From positions 1 to 64,000 of the forward strand of contig CAZERA010000004.1 of the NCBI GenBank assembly GCA_964514565.1: a stretch of DNA of 64,000 bases, read 5' to 3'. Position numbers and translations under genes: made by a program. Below the pieces are notes generated by a model. That model had not been told where the DNA came from, did not search any database, and worked only from the letters and a program-made list of their open reading frames with translations. Origin of the DNA: an uncultured Candidatus Peribacteria bacterium. GTDB taxonomy: Bacteria > Patescibacteriota > Gracilibacteria > RBG-16-42-10. Positions 38,224 to 48,337 of this stretch are shown here, piece by piece (positions within the stretch are counted from its first letter, which is position 1; every line of letters begins with the position of its first letter).

Positions 38224-38694
38224 CTAGAAGTTTTTATACTGGTCTGATGCAATGAGTCTTTCAATTTCTTTCAGTATTTTCCTAATATCTTCATCTGTTA
38301 GTCTTTCAAATGCATCGTAAAATCCTGTTGCTTTTTGTGGGAGTAAAACTGCTTCTCCATATCTCTGTTTTGTGGCTGTCTTTGCTCTTCCAAAGATGTG
38401 CATGTGCATGGTCGGACCTTCTGGTTTGAATACAGACCAGTTACCCATGTCTTGATAATTCACGATTCCAATATCAATACCTTGTTTTCCTAATCCAATT
38501 TTCATTGCTTCGCCAACTATCATAGAGAGTTTTATGTACTCCTTAGCTTGAGCCGGGGTTAGTTTTGTCCTATCTGATACTTTAAATTTGGGTGAGAGAC
38601 GAATATGTCCGCCTTCCAAACGATCAATGAACGGCTTTTCAGGTGCATCAATAATATAGTTATCTGTTTCAAAAATAATATTTTCGATTGTCAT
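38224..38694 (-). CDS. HIT-like domain protein
   Basis: GGH, VNYQDMGNW, MHMHIFGR (divergent histidine triad). Confidence 0.7.
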   Translation of the reverse strand: MTIENIIFETDNYIIDAPEKPFIDRLEGGHIRLSPKFKVSDRTKLTPAQAKEYIKLSMIVGEAMKIGLGKQGIDIGIVNYQDMGNWSVFKPEGPTMHMHIFGRAKTATKQRYGEAVLLPQKATGFYDAFERLTDEDIRKILKEIERLIASDQYKNF

Positions 38695-38734
38695 AAGAAA
38701 TAATTATTGAAGACATCAACATAACAGAAAACTT

Positions 38735-39364
38735 CTATTTATCTAAAAGCTTATCTACTTCTTTGCTAATTAAATCATAGATAAGTTGGTGTCCCTTTTT
38801 ATTAGGATGAAGTCCGTCTTCACCTAAAAGATTGGCATAATCAGTTTTCTGAAAAGCAGCGTTAGCATCTACCAAAGTGAGTGAATTGTTTTGAGCGATT
38901 TGTGTTAGTTGTTGATTATAATGCTCATAGTATTTATTTGCCCGAATTTGTTCAGAATCAAAATTAGATTTATCCACTACTGGGATAATGTTGAGAAGAA
39001 TAATCTTACTAGAAACCTGTTTCGCCTCAGTAATCATTTGTTCAATATTCTTTTTAGATTTTTCAGCGGTGACTTTAAACTGCTTTTCAAGAGGAATAAA
39101 ACAAGCATCATTTGCTCCATAGGCAATAATGAAAACTATTTCCTCTTCTCCTCGTAAACGTACTTGTGTCTCAACGCCGAATCGTTTTATCGCTTCATTG
39201 GTGGTCTCACTACCGATACCTAAATTATAGACTCTACCGTAGGACGCATAGTCGCCATTAAATTTCTTGTCCATATGCGAGCGCAACAAGGAGCACCAGC
39301 TAGTATCTCCGGGAGACCAAGAACCGTAAGTAATACTATCTCCAAAGGCTAGTATGACTGCCAT
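38735..39364 (-). CDS. SGNH/GDSL hydrolase
   Basis: FGDSIT, NLGI, GAND, DGLHPN. Confidence 0.92.
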   Translation of the reverse strand: MAVILAFGDSITYGSWSPGDTSWCSLLRSHMDKKFNGDYASYGRVYNLGIGSETTNEAIKRFGVETQVRLRGEEEIVFIIAYGANDACFIPLEKQFKVTAEKSKKNIEQMITEAKQVSSKIILLNIIPVVDKSNFDSEQIRANKYYEHYNQQLTQIAQNNSLTLVDANAAFQKTDYANLLGEDGLHPNKKGHQLIYDLISKEVDKLLDK

Positions 39365-39459
39365 AGTGAACCAGTTACTTTCTGGATGAATAGTAATGAT
39401 GATAAAACTGAAAGTCTACAAAATGATCACCTTTCCTTTCTAGTGAAGCAAAATACCTG

Positions 39460-39543
39460 TGGTGGGCGCGGTGGGAATTGAACCCACACTCCCGAAGGAA
39501 CAAGATTTTAAGTCTTGCGTGTCTGCCATTTCACCACGCGCCC
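39460..39543 (-). tRNA. tRNA-Leu(TAA)
   Basis: CAAGA-CTTAAAA-TCTTG anticodon arm; long variable arm TCC-TTCG-GGA; CCA end, 84 nt. Confidence 0.94.
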
Positions 39544-39584
39544 TGAGTGGTAATGATCGCTTGCTAATTGCGTGTATGTGGAAT

Positions 39585-39659
39585 TGGTGCCGAGGGTGAG
39601 AATTGGACTCACGACGCAAGGATTTTCAGTCCTTCGCTCTACCACTGAGCTACCTCGGC
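39585..39659 (-). tRNA. tRNA-Phe(GAA)
   Basis: AAGGA-CTGAAAA-TCCTT anticodon arm; CCA end; T-loop reads TCCAATT. Confidence 0.92.
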
Positions 39660-39746
39660 TCTCAAAAGCGACAGCACTATAGAAGAGGTTTGGCACTTGT
39701 GCAATATTTGACAGTATAATATGATTGTTTTGTAATAATTTGTCTT

Positions 39747-40595
39747 ATGGATAACGCCATTAATAACAATAACGACCCAGCAGAAGTACCTGAGCAACCG
39801 ATCGAAGAAGAGTCGCGTCTTCAAGAATTCGTTGCCAATATTCCTTGGGGTAAGATAATTCTTGGTTTTTTCATTTTGTTTCTTTTAATTTGGGCCATTA
39901 TCTACTTTTTTAATCGCAATTCATCTGCTACTCCTACAGTCACTACATCTACATCAACCACCATTAGTGCTGTTGATCAGTCAGTAGCAGCTCGGGGAGC
40001 TGAAAGTGCTGTAGTAAGGCTTGGTATTGGTGACTACAACAAAATTTTGCAGCCTTACTTTTCTTTGGACAATCCCAATATCTTCTCAGCCAACGATACT
40101 CGTGTGGCCCTGATGCAAGCACTCAATACACTTGAAGAAACGATTAAGTTCGATTTGCTGGCTCATCTCGCCACTCAGCCAAATAGAGAACAAGCATTGG
40201 ACCAATATCAACAAAAGCTCACTACTACATTGGCTCAAGTGAAGCAATTAGATGTTGGCTTAGTCGATCAAGGTACTCAGCTGGTTATTACTTTACGAGA
40301 AGCTGATCAGTCAGTGAAAACTACTTTGGCTCAGCTCAATACAATTTTACAAAATGGCGCTGCAGAGGGACCATTAACTGATGCTTATCACAATTATCTC
40401 AAAGCTCTCCGCGATCGTAATGTTACTCAATTGGAACAAGCTACTCTCAATGAACTCTTGAGTCAGGTTGGTCCTTTGACTACACAGGCTGAAAAGCGTT
40501 TGGTGAATATCACCAACAATCGCAAAGCTTTGATCCAAGATGTACAGGTGATCGATGCCAATGATCCAGGACTTAGTTTGATTAAGAAACCTTAA
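39747..40595 (+). CDS. Hypothetical single-TM helical/coiled-coil protein
   Basis: 282-aa ORF, TM near N-terminus, Ser/Thr linker, heptad-rich remainder. Confidence 0.7.
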   Translation: MDNAINNNNDPAEVPEQPIEEESRLQEFVANIPWGKIILGFFILFLLIWAIIYFFNRNSSATPTVTTSTSTTISAVDQSVAARGAESAVVRLGIGDYNKILQPYFSLDNPNIFSANDTRVALMQALNTLEETIKFDLLAHLATQPNREQALDQYQQKLTTTLAQVKQLDVGLVDQGTQLVITLREADQSVKTTLAQLNTILQNGAAEGPLTDAYHNYLKALRDRNVTQLEQATLNELLSQVGPLTTQAEKRLVNITNNRKALIQDVQVIDANDPGLSLIKKP

Positions 40596-40630
40596 AACTA
40601 TTAGCAAGTTTGTTTTGATGGTCAACTACT

Positions 40631-40663
40631 AAAAAGGCTCAAGGATAATCCCTGAGCCTTTTT
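40631..40663. terminator. Bidirectional intrinsic terminator
   Basis: AAAAAGGCTCA...TGAGCCTTTTT between convergent genes. Confidence 0.85.
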
Positions 40664-40694
40664 AATTAACCTGCTTTTATCCAGTCAACTTTAA

Positions 40695-41270
40695 TTAGTC
40701 GATCTTAGTAATCTCATAGTTCGCACGACCTTCAGGTACTACTACATCCAGCTTTTCACCGACAGCTTTGCCTAGTGAAGCTTTTCCTACTGGGGACTCA
40801 TTAGAAATTCTACCAGCCAATGGATCTGCTTCAGTAGAACCTACGATCGTGTAGGTCTCATCTTGGTTTGATTGAATATTGTGGATTGTAATGGTATGTC
40901 CTACCTGTACAGTTTTGACATGCTTATTGGTGCCAGAAATGACCTTGGCATTTTTCACTTGTTGTTCGAGTACTACGATACGGCCCTCTACAGTTGCTTG
41001 TTCGTTGCGCGCTTCCTCGTATTCAGCGTTCTCAGATAAATCACCATAACTAATTGCTTCTTTGAGTCTCTGTGCTACTTCTTTACGGCGAGTAGTTTTG
41101 AGCTCGTTGAGTTCTTTTTTGAGCGCATCAAGACCATCTTGAGTGATTAATACTTCTTCCTCATGAGCAGCTGTCTGAGTCTTAGTAGGTTTTGCTACTT
41201 TTACTGGTTTCATGACCTTATTGGCTTTGATTGGAGCTGCTTTTTTGCTAGCGCTGCTTGATTTAACCAT
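40695..41270 (-). CDS. greA: Transcription elongation factor GreA
   Basis: GDLSENAEY..A, YTIVG..EADP...ISNESPVG. Confidence 0.96.
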   Translation of the reverse strand: MVKSSSASKKAAPIKANKVMKPVKVAKPTKTQTAAHEEEVLITQDGLDALKKELNELKTTRRKEVAQRLKEAISYGDLSENAEYEEARNEQATVEGRIVVLEQQVKNAKVISGTNKHVKTVQVGHTITIHNIQSNQDETYTIVGSTEADPLAGRISNESPVGKASLGKAVGEKLDVVVPEGRANYEITKID

Positions 41271-41352
41271 AAAAAATTTTAAGAAGGAAAATAGTATACT
41301 GGCCTACACCTGCAATTGATATCTTAGGATACTCTTGCTGTCAATGTCGAGT

Positions 41353-42588
41353 TTACTGGGTGAAGATTTGAGTGACATACATTTCATCTGGACTTTCACC
41401 AACGATAATCCCGATCCCTACATGAGTATAGGGTATGTAGGTTCCTAGAATATTGAAAGCATGTGAGTAGAGATAGTTGCCATCGTCCCCTTTTTCAAAC
41501 ATTTTATTGATAATGTCAGTGACGCGGTCTTCTGGAGTAGCATTGTCAAAGAAAGCATGAGCAATGTTTTGAGTAGCTTCACTGTAGCTAATGTCATATT
41601 TCTTACTTGCTAATGCAAACCATTGATCAAAAGTCTGACCATTGACGTTGCGGTGGGAGGTCCATGGTCGGCGTTTTTCTTGTTCGGTGAGGTTAGCATG
41701 GCTAGTCTCGTATTCTTTCTTTTGTTGTTTATCCAAGAAATGCCATTGGTCATAAAGCTCTTGGCTTTGGTTTCTAGCAATACCAGAAAGTTTTTGATCA
41801 ATTACCAGAGGAGCTTTTTTTTCAGTGGCCCGTTTCTCATTGATAGCAATTAGCATGCTTCTCTCTAGGTCAGTGATAGCAGGAAAAGTGGTGTCTTTGT
41901 CTTGGAGATAGTTGTCTAAAATCTTCACTGCCTCAGCGCGAGTGATTGGTGTATTGGGTAAAAATAAACCGTTGCTAGTCCCTTTGATATAGCCCAAAGC
42001 ACGAGCGGAATAAATATAAGGGGCTAATTCATGGTTGGGAGACACATCGAGAAATGCCTCGCCAATATTATAGTCTTTGATCTCATTGTTGCTTGCAACA
42101 ATAAAGATTTTCAAAAACTCGGCTCTACTGACTGACTTGGTAGGACGAAAAGTACGGTCACTATAACCTTTGACCATTTTTTTCTCGTAAGCATACTTAA
42201 TGAAAGGCAACAAAGTATCACTACTATCTACATCACCAAAAGGTACTGTCACTGATCCGCTTTGGGTGACAGGGCGATAGTTGCTGGTAGCCAAGGTGAT
42301 TATTTTGGTTGTTTCTGCTCGAGTAAGTGGACGGTCTGGTCCAAAACTACCATCACTATAGCCATTGACGATTTTTTTCTTTACCACATTTTGAATAGCA
42401 TCATAGGCCCAATATTGCTCATTGATGTCTCGGAAGATCACCTCCGGAGCACTAGTCACCGTACTAGTTGGTGTAGGGCTTGGTGTGCTGGTTGTTACAC
42501 TAGTTGGTGTGGGTGTAGCCGTAGTAGCAGCCATTGCTGTGAATGGTGTAAACAACAGCAAGCTAATCAGAAGAAAGCGACGTAGCAT
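41353..42588 (-). CDS. Secreted protein with three SLH domains and a C-terminal CAP/SCP-like domain
   Basis: Signal peptide; three F.D...G.F.P...TRAE-type repeats; IN..R...PL..D.KL..IA, NIA, H..NIL, THVGIG. Confidence 0.8.
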   Translation of the reverse strand: MLRRFLLISLLLFTPFTAMAATTATPTPTSVTTSTPSPTPTSTVTSAPEVIFRDINEQYWAYDAIQNVVKKKIVNGYSDGSFGPDRPLTRAETTKIITLATSNYRPVTQSGSVTVPFGDVDSSDTLLPFIKYAYEKKMVKGYSDRTFRPTKSVSRAEFLKIFIVASNNEIKDYNIGEAFLDVSPNHELAPYIYSARALGYIKGTSNGLFLPNTPITRAEAVKILDNYLQDKDTTFPAITDLERSMLIAINEKRATEKKAPLVIDQKLSGIARNQSQELYDQWHFLDKQQKKEYETSHANLTEQEKRRPWTSHRNVNGQTFDQWFALASKKYDISYSEATQNIAHAFFDNATPEDRVTDIINKMFEKGDDGNYLYSHAFNILGTYIPYTHVGIGIIVGESPDEMYVTQIFTQ

Positions 42589-42768
42589 AATAAATGGACA
42601 AATTAAAAGATGATTTACTTAATCAAGTACGGTCAAGCTACATATTAGTTACTCTTACTTTGATCTGCAATCTCCTTGCTTAATTGGCCAAACTTTGGCA
42701 TTAATATACAGTGTATATCGCTATTACTAATAATAGCGTCTTCTCCTCTATTCTTTACTCCATACATT

Positions 42769-44118
42769 GTGGCTAAGAAAAAGCTTTTTTTCAGTCTACC
42801 TCGGGGCATGAGAGACATTTTACCTGCAGATCACAGTGTGGCTTCATATTTGAAAAAGATTATTCGGTATCGATGCCGTCAGGCTGGTATTCGGCGTATT
42901 AGTACACCAATATTTGAACGTACTGTGATTCTTGATAATCTTCCACCAGCACACTGGGGAGAAATAGTTCAGCTACAATATAAAAATGGTGAACAAAATA
43001 ATTTGCTTCTACGCAAAAACTTTTTGTTAAGCATTCTGCGTACATATATCACACACAAGATGTATGAAGGTCCTCAACCTGTTGAGCTATATTCACTTGA
43101 TATGTGCTTCCGCTCAGTTAAAAATTGGGGCGATAGTGATCAACCAGTGTTGCAACAGTTTTTAGGTTTTGATTTGCAAGTATTGGGTGAAAATGATCCT
43201 GTTTTGGATGCTCAAGTTATTAAACTTTGGTATACAATTTGTACTGATATTGGTTTAGAACAATTTATTTCTATTCGTTTGGCTAAAATCGGTACAGTTG
43301 CTTCTCGTGAGCAGTTTTTAGTAGATTTTGCGCATTATTATAGTGGCAAAGAGAGATCGCTCTGTCCTAATTGTGCCAAGGCTTTGGCTACTGATCCCCT
43401 CCAACTGCTTACTTGTCAGGAAGAAGACTGTCAGATTTTGTTGAAGTTAGCTCCCAAGTTGGAAACCTATTTGGATGCTGAGACCAAGGTGTTTTATCAA
43501 AACCTTGAAGAGTATCTACATATTTTGAAAGTGCCATTCGTCTGGCAAGAGTATTTGTATCCTGAAGATATGAATATCTATGAGCCGCTCTATGGTGAGA
43601 TTTTCTTAGATGATAAAAAACTGGGTACTATTCATCATTTCTCAGAGCTTTTGACTGATGAGAGTTTCCCTGGGGTCTCTGGTCGTTCACTTTTTGTCAA
43701 TTTGGAAGAAGTGATCATGTCTATGCAGAAACATGATGTGTTTGTGCCTTACAAAGATAATATCCATGTATATATAGCTCAGCTCGGTGTAGATGCCAAG
43801 AAATACGGCTTAGAATTGCTTTATAGTCTTCGTCAAAAAGGCATCAAGGCTATTGCCAGTATGGGCAAAGGTAGTATGCAAGAACAAGTGGATACTGCTT
43901 ATAAATTCCGCATTCCTTATGCACTTCTAGTGGGACGGATGGAAGTGAATGAGAATATTGTGATTGTGCGTGATATGACTACTGGTAAGCGGGAGACTGT
44001 GCCCAGAGATGAGATTGCTACCTTCTTGCTCAACAAAATCCCAGAATGTGAATTGGATCAAGTAAGCTACGACAAGATGACTCGTAGTCACTATGAGGCT
44101 AAGCAAAAAGAAATTTAA
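42769..44118 (+). CDS. Histidyl-tRNA synthetase paralogue with degenerate catalytic motifs
   Basis: PRGMRDILP, ISTPIFE, LCPNC...C...C insertion and C-terminal anticodon-binding domain; start GTG42769 (ORF track 42676). Confidence 0.78.
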   Translation: MAKKKLFFSLPRGMRDILPADHSVASYLKKIIRYRCRQAGIRRISTPIFERTVILDNLPPAHWGEIVQLQYKNGEQNNLLLRKNFLLSILRTYITHKMYEGPQPVELYSLDMCFRSVKNWGDSDQPVLQQFLGFDLQVLGENDPVLDAQVIKLWYTICTDIGLEQFISIRLAKIGTVASREQFLVDFAHYYSGKERSLCPNCAKALATDPLQLLTCQEEDCQILLKLAPKLETYLDAETKVFYQNLEEYLHILKVPFVWQEYLYPEDMNIYEPLYGEIFLDDKKLGTIHHFSELLTDESFPGVSGRSLFVNLEEVIMSMQKHDVFVPYKDNIHVYIAQLGVDAKKYGLELLYSLRQKGIKAIASMGKGSMQEQVDTAYKFRIPYALLVGRMEVNENIVIVRDMTTGKRETVPRDEIATFLLNKIPECELDQVSYDKMTRSHYEAKQKEI

Positions 44119-44345
44119 GGTTTTATTGGTTTTAGTAAGCTACTAATAGTAGGAATAGGTGTGGGTAAAGTATCTCTGATTAAGCGAAAAGGATCACAGG
44201 ACTGATGACTGAGGTTTTCTGTCCTACCGATCCAAAAGCTGGTGATACTAAAGATGAGACTGATCAGTAGAGCCAAGCCGTGGTAAAAGTAATATTTTCT
44301 TTTTTTAGCAAGTTGTGACATTGGTTGTGATTGAGTAGACAGCAT
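44115..44345 (-). CDS. Small hypothetical membrane protein
   Basis: Basic N-terminus plus one TM; fills the gap between neighbours; start uncertain. Confidence 0.45.
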   Translation of the reverse strand: MLSTQSQPMSQLAKKRKYYFYHGLALLISLIFSITSFWIGRTENLSHQSCDPFRLIRDTLPTPIPTISSLLKPIKP

Positions 44346-44395
44346 TGTAGTGTTATTTCCAGAAAAAAGTCTGAAATTTTCATGTTTTACATCTT

Positions 44396-45511
44396 ATGTA
44401 TCTTTTCTATCTAGGTAATAATTTGGAGCTTTCTCGTTGGGAATTGCGTAATCTCCTACCAGTGACGCCTGCGGGAGAATCAACCTACGGTATTTCTTAT
44501 GCTGATGAAGCTGTTCAACCATTTGATCTACCGACAATTCAAAAGCGAGCTGGTGGTTTGCGTGAAATTATTCACCATACTGACCAGTCTTTTGCAGAGT
44601 GGGAAAAAGCAATTATGAGTTTGCGTGATGAGTGGATTGGTGGCGAAAAAGAAATCACTTTGCAAGCGCCAAGTTGTGATGAGAAGCAACGTGAACATAT
44701 GCTACTAGCCTTGAAGCGATATTGGCATGAACGTACTGGTAAATCTTTGCGTTTCCGACTCAATAAAACCTATTTGGTAGGTAATGGTGGCAATGTATTG
44801 TGGTGGTTACCTGTTCCAGATCAAGCTGGTCAATTTTGGTTGGGCCATAGCATTACCCAACAAACTATTAGTGCCTATGCCCAGAGAGATTATGATAAGC
44901 CAGCTCGCTCGATGCAGCGAGGAATGCTACCTCCCAAACTCGCTCAGATTATGATCAATGGTGCTGGCATTGGATCTGACCAAGTCCTATGGGATCCATT
45001 TTGTGGTACTGGTACTGTGTTGGTAGAGGCTGCTCTGATGAACATTCCCTCGATCGGTAGTGACAATGAAACTGCCGCCATTCGAGAGACTCAGAACAAT
45101 ATCGCTAGTGTATTGGATTTTGATCACCAAAAGTTTATTCAACAGTTGTGGCAACAAAATATTATGCAGACCTGGCATCTGCCCTGTGATGATGAGAATC
45201 TAGTAATTGTGGCTGAAGGCTACCTTGGTCCTATTCAAAATAAAGCGATGACCGTGGGGGACGGATTGCGTGCTTTTTGGCAAAAAGTAGAACCACTCTA
45301 CCAAAAGTTTTTTACTGAGCTAGCTAGGAGTAAAATTAAAAAGATGGTTTTGGCTACACCAATTGTTTTAATGGCTGAAAATAATTCACGTTTGGCTAAA
45401 AGAAGCTGGGATATTCTGCTCAAACAAGGCTGGGAAATAAGCTTTAGTGCTGATTATACTCGTTCGAATCAATTTATTGGTCGGCATATCGCTTGCTTGC
45501 AAAGAAACTAA
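44396..45511 (+). CDS. SAM-dependent RNA methyltransferase (Trm11/UPF0020-like)
   Basis: RDY.KPAR...GMLPPKLAQIMIN, WDPFCGTGT.L.EA, E.YLGP. Confidence 0.8.
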   Translation: MYLFYLGNNLELSRWELRNLLPVTPAGESTYGISYADEAVQPFDLPTIQKRAGGLREIIHHTDQSFAEWEKAIMSLRDEWIGGEKEITLQAPSCDEKQREHMLLALKRYWHERTGKSLRFRLNKTYLVGNGGNVLWWLPVPDQAGQFWLGHSITQQTISAYAQRDYDKPARSMQRGMLPPKLAQIMINGAGIGSDQVLWDPFCGTGTVLVEAALMNIPSIGSDNETAAIRETQNNIASVLDFDHQKFIQQLWQQNIMQTWHLPCDDENLVIVAEGYLGPIQNKAMTVGDGLRAFWQKVEPLYQKFFTELARSKIKKMVLATPIVLMAENNSRLAKRSWDILLKQGWEISFSADYTRSNQFIGRHIACLQRN

Positions 45512-45520
45512 TGCTATAAT
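45512..45520 (+). promoter_or_regulatory. Extended -10 promoter for rpmA
   Basis: TGCTATAAT about 30 nt upstream of ATG45550. Confidence 0.55.
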
Positions 45521-45549
45521 CCCCTCGCAATATTTAAGGATAATTTACT

Positions 45550-45831
45550 ATGTCAACGAAAAAAGCTGGTGGTACGACGGATAACGGCCGTGATTCGAAC
45601 TCGAAACGTCGTGGTGTGAAACTTTTTGCGGGTCAGACAACTCGTGCTGGGGGTATTATTGTACGTCAAAAAGGTAGCAAATATTTTGCTGGTACAAATG
45701 TCGGTCAAGGAAAAGACTTTACTTTGTTTGCTTTGATTGATGGTGTAGTTTCTTTTCAACAAAAGCGTCGCAAACGTTTTGATGGCAATATTTATGCTCG
45801 CACATTTGTTAATATTTCTCCGGTTGTTTAG
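45550..45831 (+). CDS. rpmA: 50S ribosomal protein L27
   Basis: KKAGG...NGRDS..KR.GVK, GIIVRQ.G, DFTLFA. Confidence 0.97.
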   Translation: MSTKKAGGTTDNGRDSNSKRRGVKLFAGQTTRAGGIIVRQKGSKYFAGTNVGQGKDFTLFALIDGVVSFQQKRRKRFDGNIYARTFVNISPVV

Positions 45832-47407
45832 TAGGAGCAAGATCAAGTACCTTGGTGAGATAGTTGCCTAGTAAATATTGAGAGATCAAATAAGTAGCGG
45901 TAGCAAAGATTAGTACAAAACTAATTTTGCCCGCTACTTTTAGTACACTATCTAGCGGATCAAATATGAGTGCAGAAGTGAATTTGCTGGCTTGGGCTAC
46001 GATCGTAGTAATGATCGTGGCGATAATGGTTTTGGTAATAAAAGTCCAGTTGGCATACTGCCAAAGCGGTAAGTTGTGCTTCTTTGCTAAACGGTAAAGT
46101 TGCATTGAGAGTTCAAAGATACTGGCGATACTAAATGACAAACCAAGCATAATCACTGAACCATGCAAAACAAATACTAGAATCACACTACCAATGATAT
46201 TGATCACGATACTATAGAGTGAAATCAATAATGGATCTCGGGTGTTTTTATAAGCATAGAACGTGCGGGTGATGATGGGCTGGATGCTCTCGCTAATGAA
46301 GCTAAGAGCAAACAATCCTAGTGTGTCGGCAGTAGTAATAGTATCAGTCCAATTGAATCTGCCACTACCAAAAAGCAGTCGCACAATCTCAGTGCGCAAA
46401 AGAATCGTGACTAAAGTGACCGGCAACAGAATATAAAGCATCTTTTCGATTTTTCGGTTCACAAATGAACCCAATTCTTGATGCTTCTGGTCACTCACGA
46501 GCTCACTAATGAAAGGAAAACTGGCTACTGCTACTGATACCCCGATAATGCCCAATGGGAGGCTTTGAATATTTTGAGCTAGATTGAGAATAGTGATGCT
46601 ACCAGCTACAAGCATTGAAGCTAGTGTTGTATCTACTAGAATATTGATACGGCCGACTGTCATTGAAAGAATACGAGGAAAACTGCTCTTTACCATCGCC
46701 AAGAATACTTTGTCTTTCCAATCAATAAAAGGTTGGAAGCGAAAGCCACCGCGCCAAGCTGATATTGCTTGAATGCCAGCATGAAATACCGCGCCAATCA
46801 CTACGCCAATGCTGACGCCGTAGATGCCGTAGCGTGGTGCCAAAAAGACTAAACCTACAATGATACTTAGGTTGTAGAGAATAGGAGCCAAGGCAAAAGC
46901 AGCAAAACGCTTGAGGCTATGTGATATCGCTCCTGTGACACCGCTTAGACTAAAAAGTAAGGGAGATAGCAACATGATGTGGGTTAGCTGCAGTGTCAGC
47001 TGTTGCCCATCAGCAGCCATGCCTACGGTAAATAAACTGATTAGTTGTTTGCTAAACATAAAACAACCACTCACCAGGATTAGCATTACGATCACTAGGC
47101 TAGATAACGTATTGTTGGATAGTTTCCATGCTTGATCATGATTTTTTTTGTACAAATCAGTGAAGTATGGCACGAAACAAGCTGAAATTGTGCCCATGAT
47201 TAAGATCTGATACAGCAAATCTGGTAGTTGGAAAGCTGCATAATAGGCATCAAGCTCACTGACACTCCCTACCAATCTAGTGGCACCAAAGGTATGGGTA
47301 AGTAACCTATCTCTAATCAGTCCTAGTGCCCTACTTAGCAATGAAGCTCCTGCCAAGAAGAGACTAGTAGAAGTCAGTACGCGTTTCAGCAGAGGTTTTA
47401 GCTCCAT
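45809..47407 (-). CDS. murJ: Lipid II flippase MurJ
   Basis: [27 protein letters not shown]...A.FP, R.FYA..NT..P. Confidence 0.93.
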   Translation of the reverse strand: MELKPLLKRVLTSTSLFLAGASLLSRALGLIRDRLLTHTFGATRLVGSVSELDAYYAAFQLPDLLYQILIMGTISACFVPYFTDLYKKNHDQAWKLSNNTLSSLVIVMLILVSGCFMFSKQLISLFTVGMAADGQQLTLQLTHIMLLSPLLFSLSGVTGAISHSLKRFAAFALAPILYNLSIIVGLVFLAPRYGIYGVSIGVVIGAVFHAGIQAISAWRGGFRFQPFIDWKDKVFLAMVKSSFPRILSMTVGRINILVDTTLASMLVAGSITILNLAQNIQSLPLGIIGVSVAVASFPFISELVSDQKHQELGSFVNRKIEKMLYILLPVTLVTILLRTEIVRLLFGSGRFNWTDTITTADTLGLFALSFISESIQPIITRTFYAYKNTRDPLLISLYSIVINIIGSVILVFVLHGSVIMLGLSFSIASIFELSMQLYRLAKKHNLPLWQYANWTFITKTIIATIITTIVAQASKFTSALIFDPLDSVLKVAGKISFVLIFATATYLISQYLLGNYLTKVLDLAPTKQPEKY

Positions 47408-47410
47408 AGT

Positions 47411-48337
47411 TTATTCGTCAGGTTCACTTTGTAAAATCTTGTGTTCTTTCTTCTTCTCTAATTCCATGAAACTGATAGTCCAAACTGCAGTAGTGAATAC
47501 GGTTAAGGTACCAGAGATTATCACGGACCAAATGAATAGAATCACAATAAATGTAAGTGCTACTGCTAGAGCAATAGTGGCTGGTAAAATGAGCTGGGTA
47601 AAACTAATGATATAGACGGCTATAGCTGGTAGAGCAAAGATCAAGAGCATGTTAAGTAGAGCTCGCACTACCATTAGAAGTAATAGCACACTAATAAGAA
47701 GTGTCTCCTGGAAATGAAACAGCACTAAAGTGGTGCTTTTTTTAATTGAATCAATCACCGGAGCTTTGTGAATTACTAGGTGATAATCAGCATAGGTGAG
47801 GAAGATTGTAGTAATAGTGATTAGGATGCCAATGATAATAATCACAGGCATGAAGTCGCCGATCAAAGTGCTATCAGGAAAATAAATCCTGAGGTAGAAA
47901 CGGGCTAGTAGTACCCAAGTAATGAATGAACCAATATGGAAAGCATTGGTCAAAACGCGATATTCAGTCAGTGACAAGAAACTTTGAATACCAAAAGAGA
48001 TTGTTTTACTGAGGTTGAGCTCTACATGCTGATCATACATCTTGGCAATAGCACTGATGATACCTCCTTCACTAATTACCCCAAAAACAAAAGCTAACAA
48101 ATAAGTAAGGCCCAAGGCTAATACCAATAAAATGGCGTACGTAATTGGTGAGTTGGTATTGGTCACTAAATAGTGCCAGACATCACTTCCAGTCCCCACC
48201 GGTGTAGGTAAGATGTAGCGAATGCGCCAGACGCCAATCAAAGTAGCAAATAGTGAAGCGATAGTGCCCAGTATTCGCAGATACCGATTCTCACTAGTCA
48301 TCGCCCACGCTCGTTTGAATATCTCTGGATAGTTCAT
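47411..48337 (-). CDS. Hypothetical polytopic membrane protein
   Basis: 308 aa with multiple TM segments, in the ftsH-murJ gene run. Confidence 0.75.
   Translation of the reverse strand: MNYPEIFKRAWAMTSENRYLRILGTIASLFATLIGVWRIRYILPTPVGTGSDVWHYLVTNTNSPITYAILLVLALGLTYLLAFVFGVISEGGIISAIAKMYDQHVELNLSKTISFGIQSFLSLTEYRVLTNAFHIGSFITWVLLARFYLRIYFPDSTLIGDFMPVIIIIGILITITTIFLTYADYHLVIHKAPVIDSIKKSTTLVLFHFQETLLISVLLLLMVVRALLNMLLIFALPAIAVYIISFTQLILPATIALAVALTFIVILFIWSVIISGTLTVFTTAVWTISFMELEKKKEHKILQSEPDE

Noticed and set aside
39508..39824. Short minus-strand ORFs of 61-62 aa
   Set aside because: They overlap tRNA-Leu/tRNA-Phe and the neighbouring gene start; not coding
45809..45831. 23-nt convergent overlap of rpmA and murJ
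   Set aside because: Short tail-to-tail overlaps are common in compact genomes and occur elsewhere in this window
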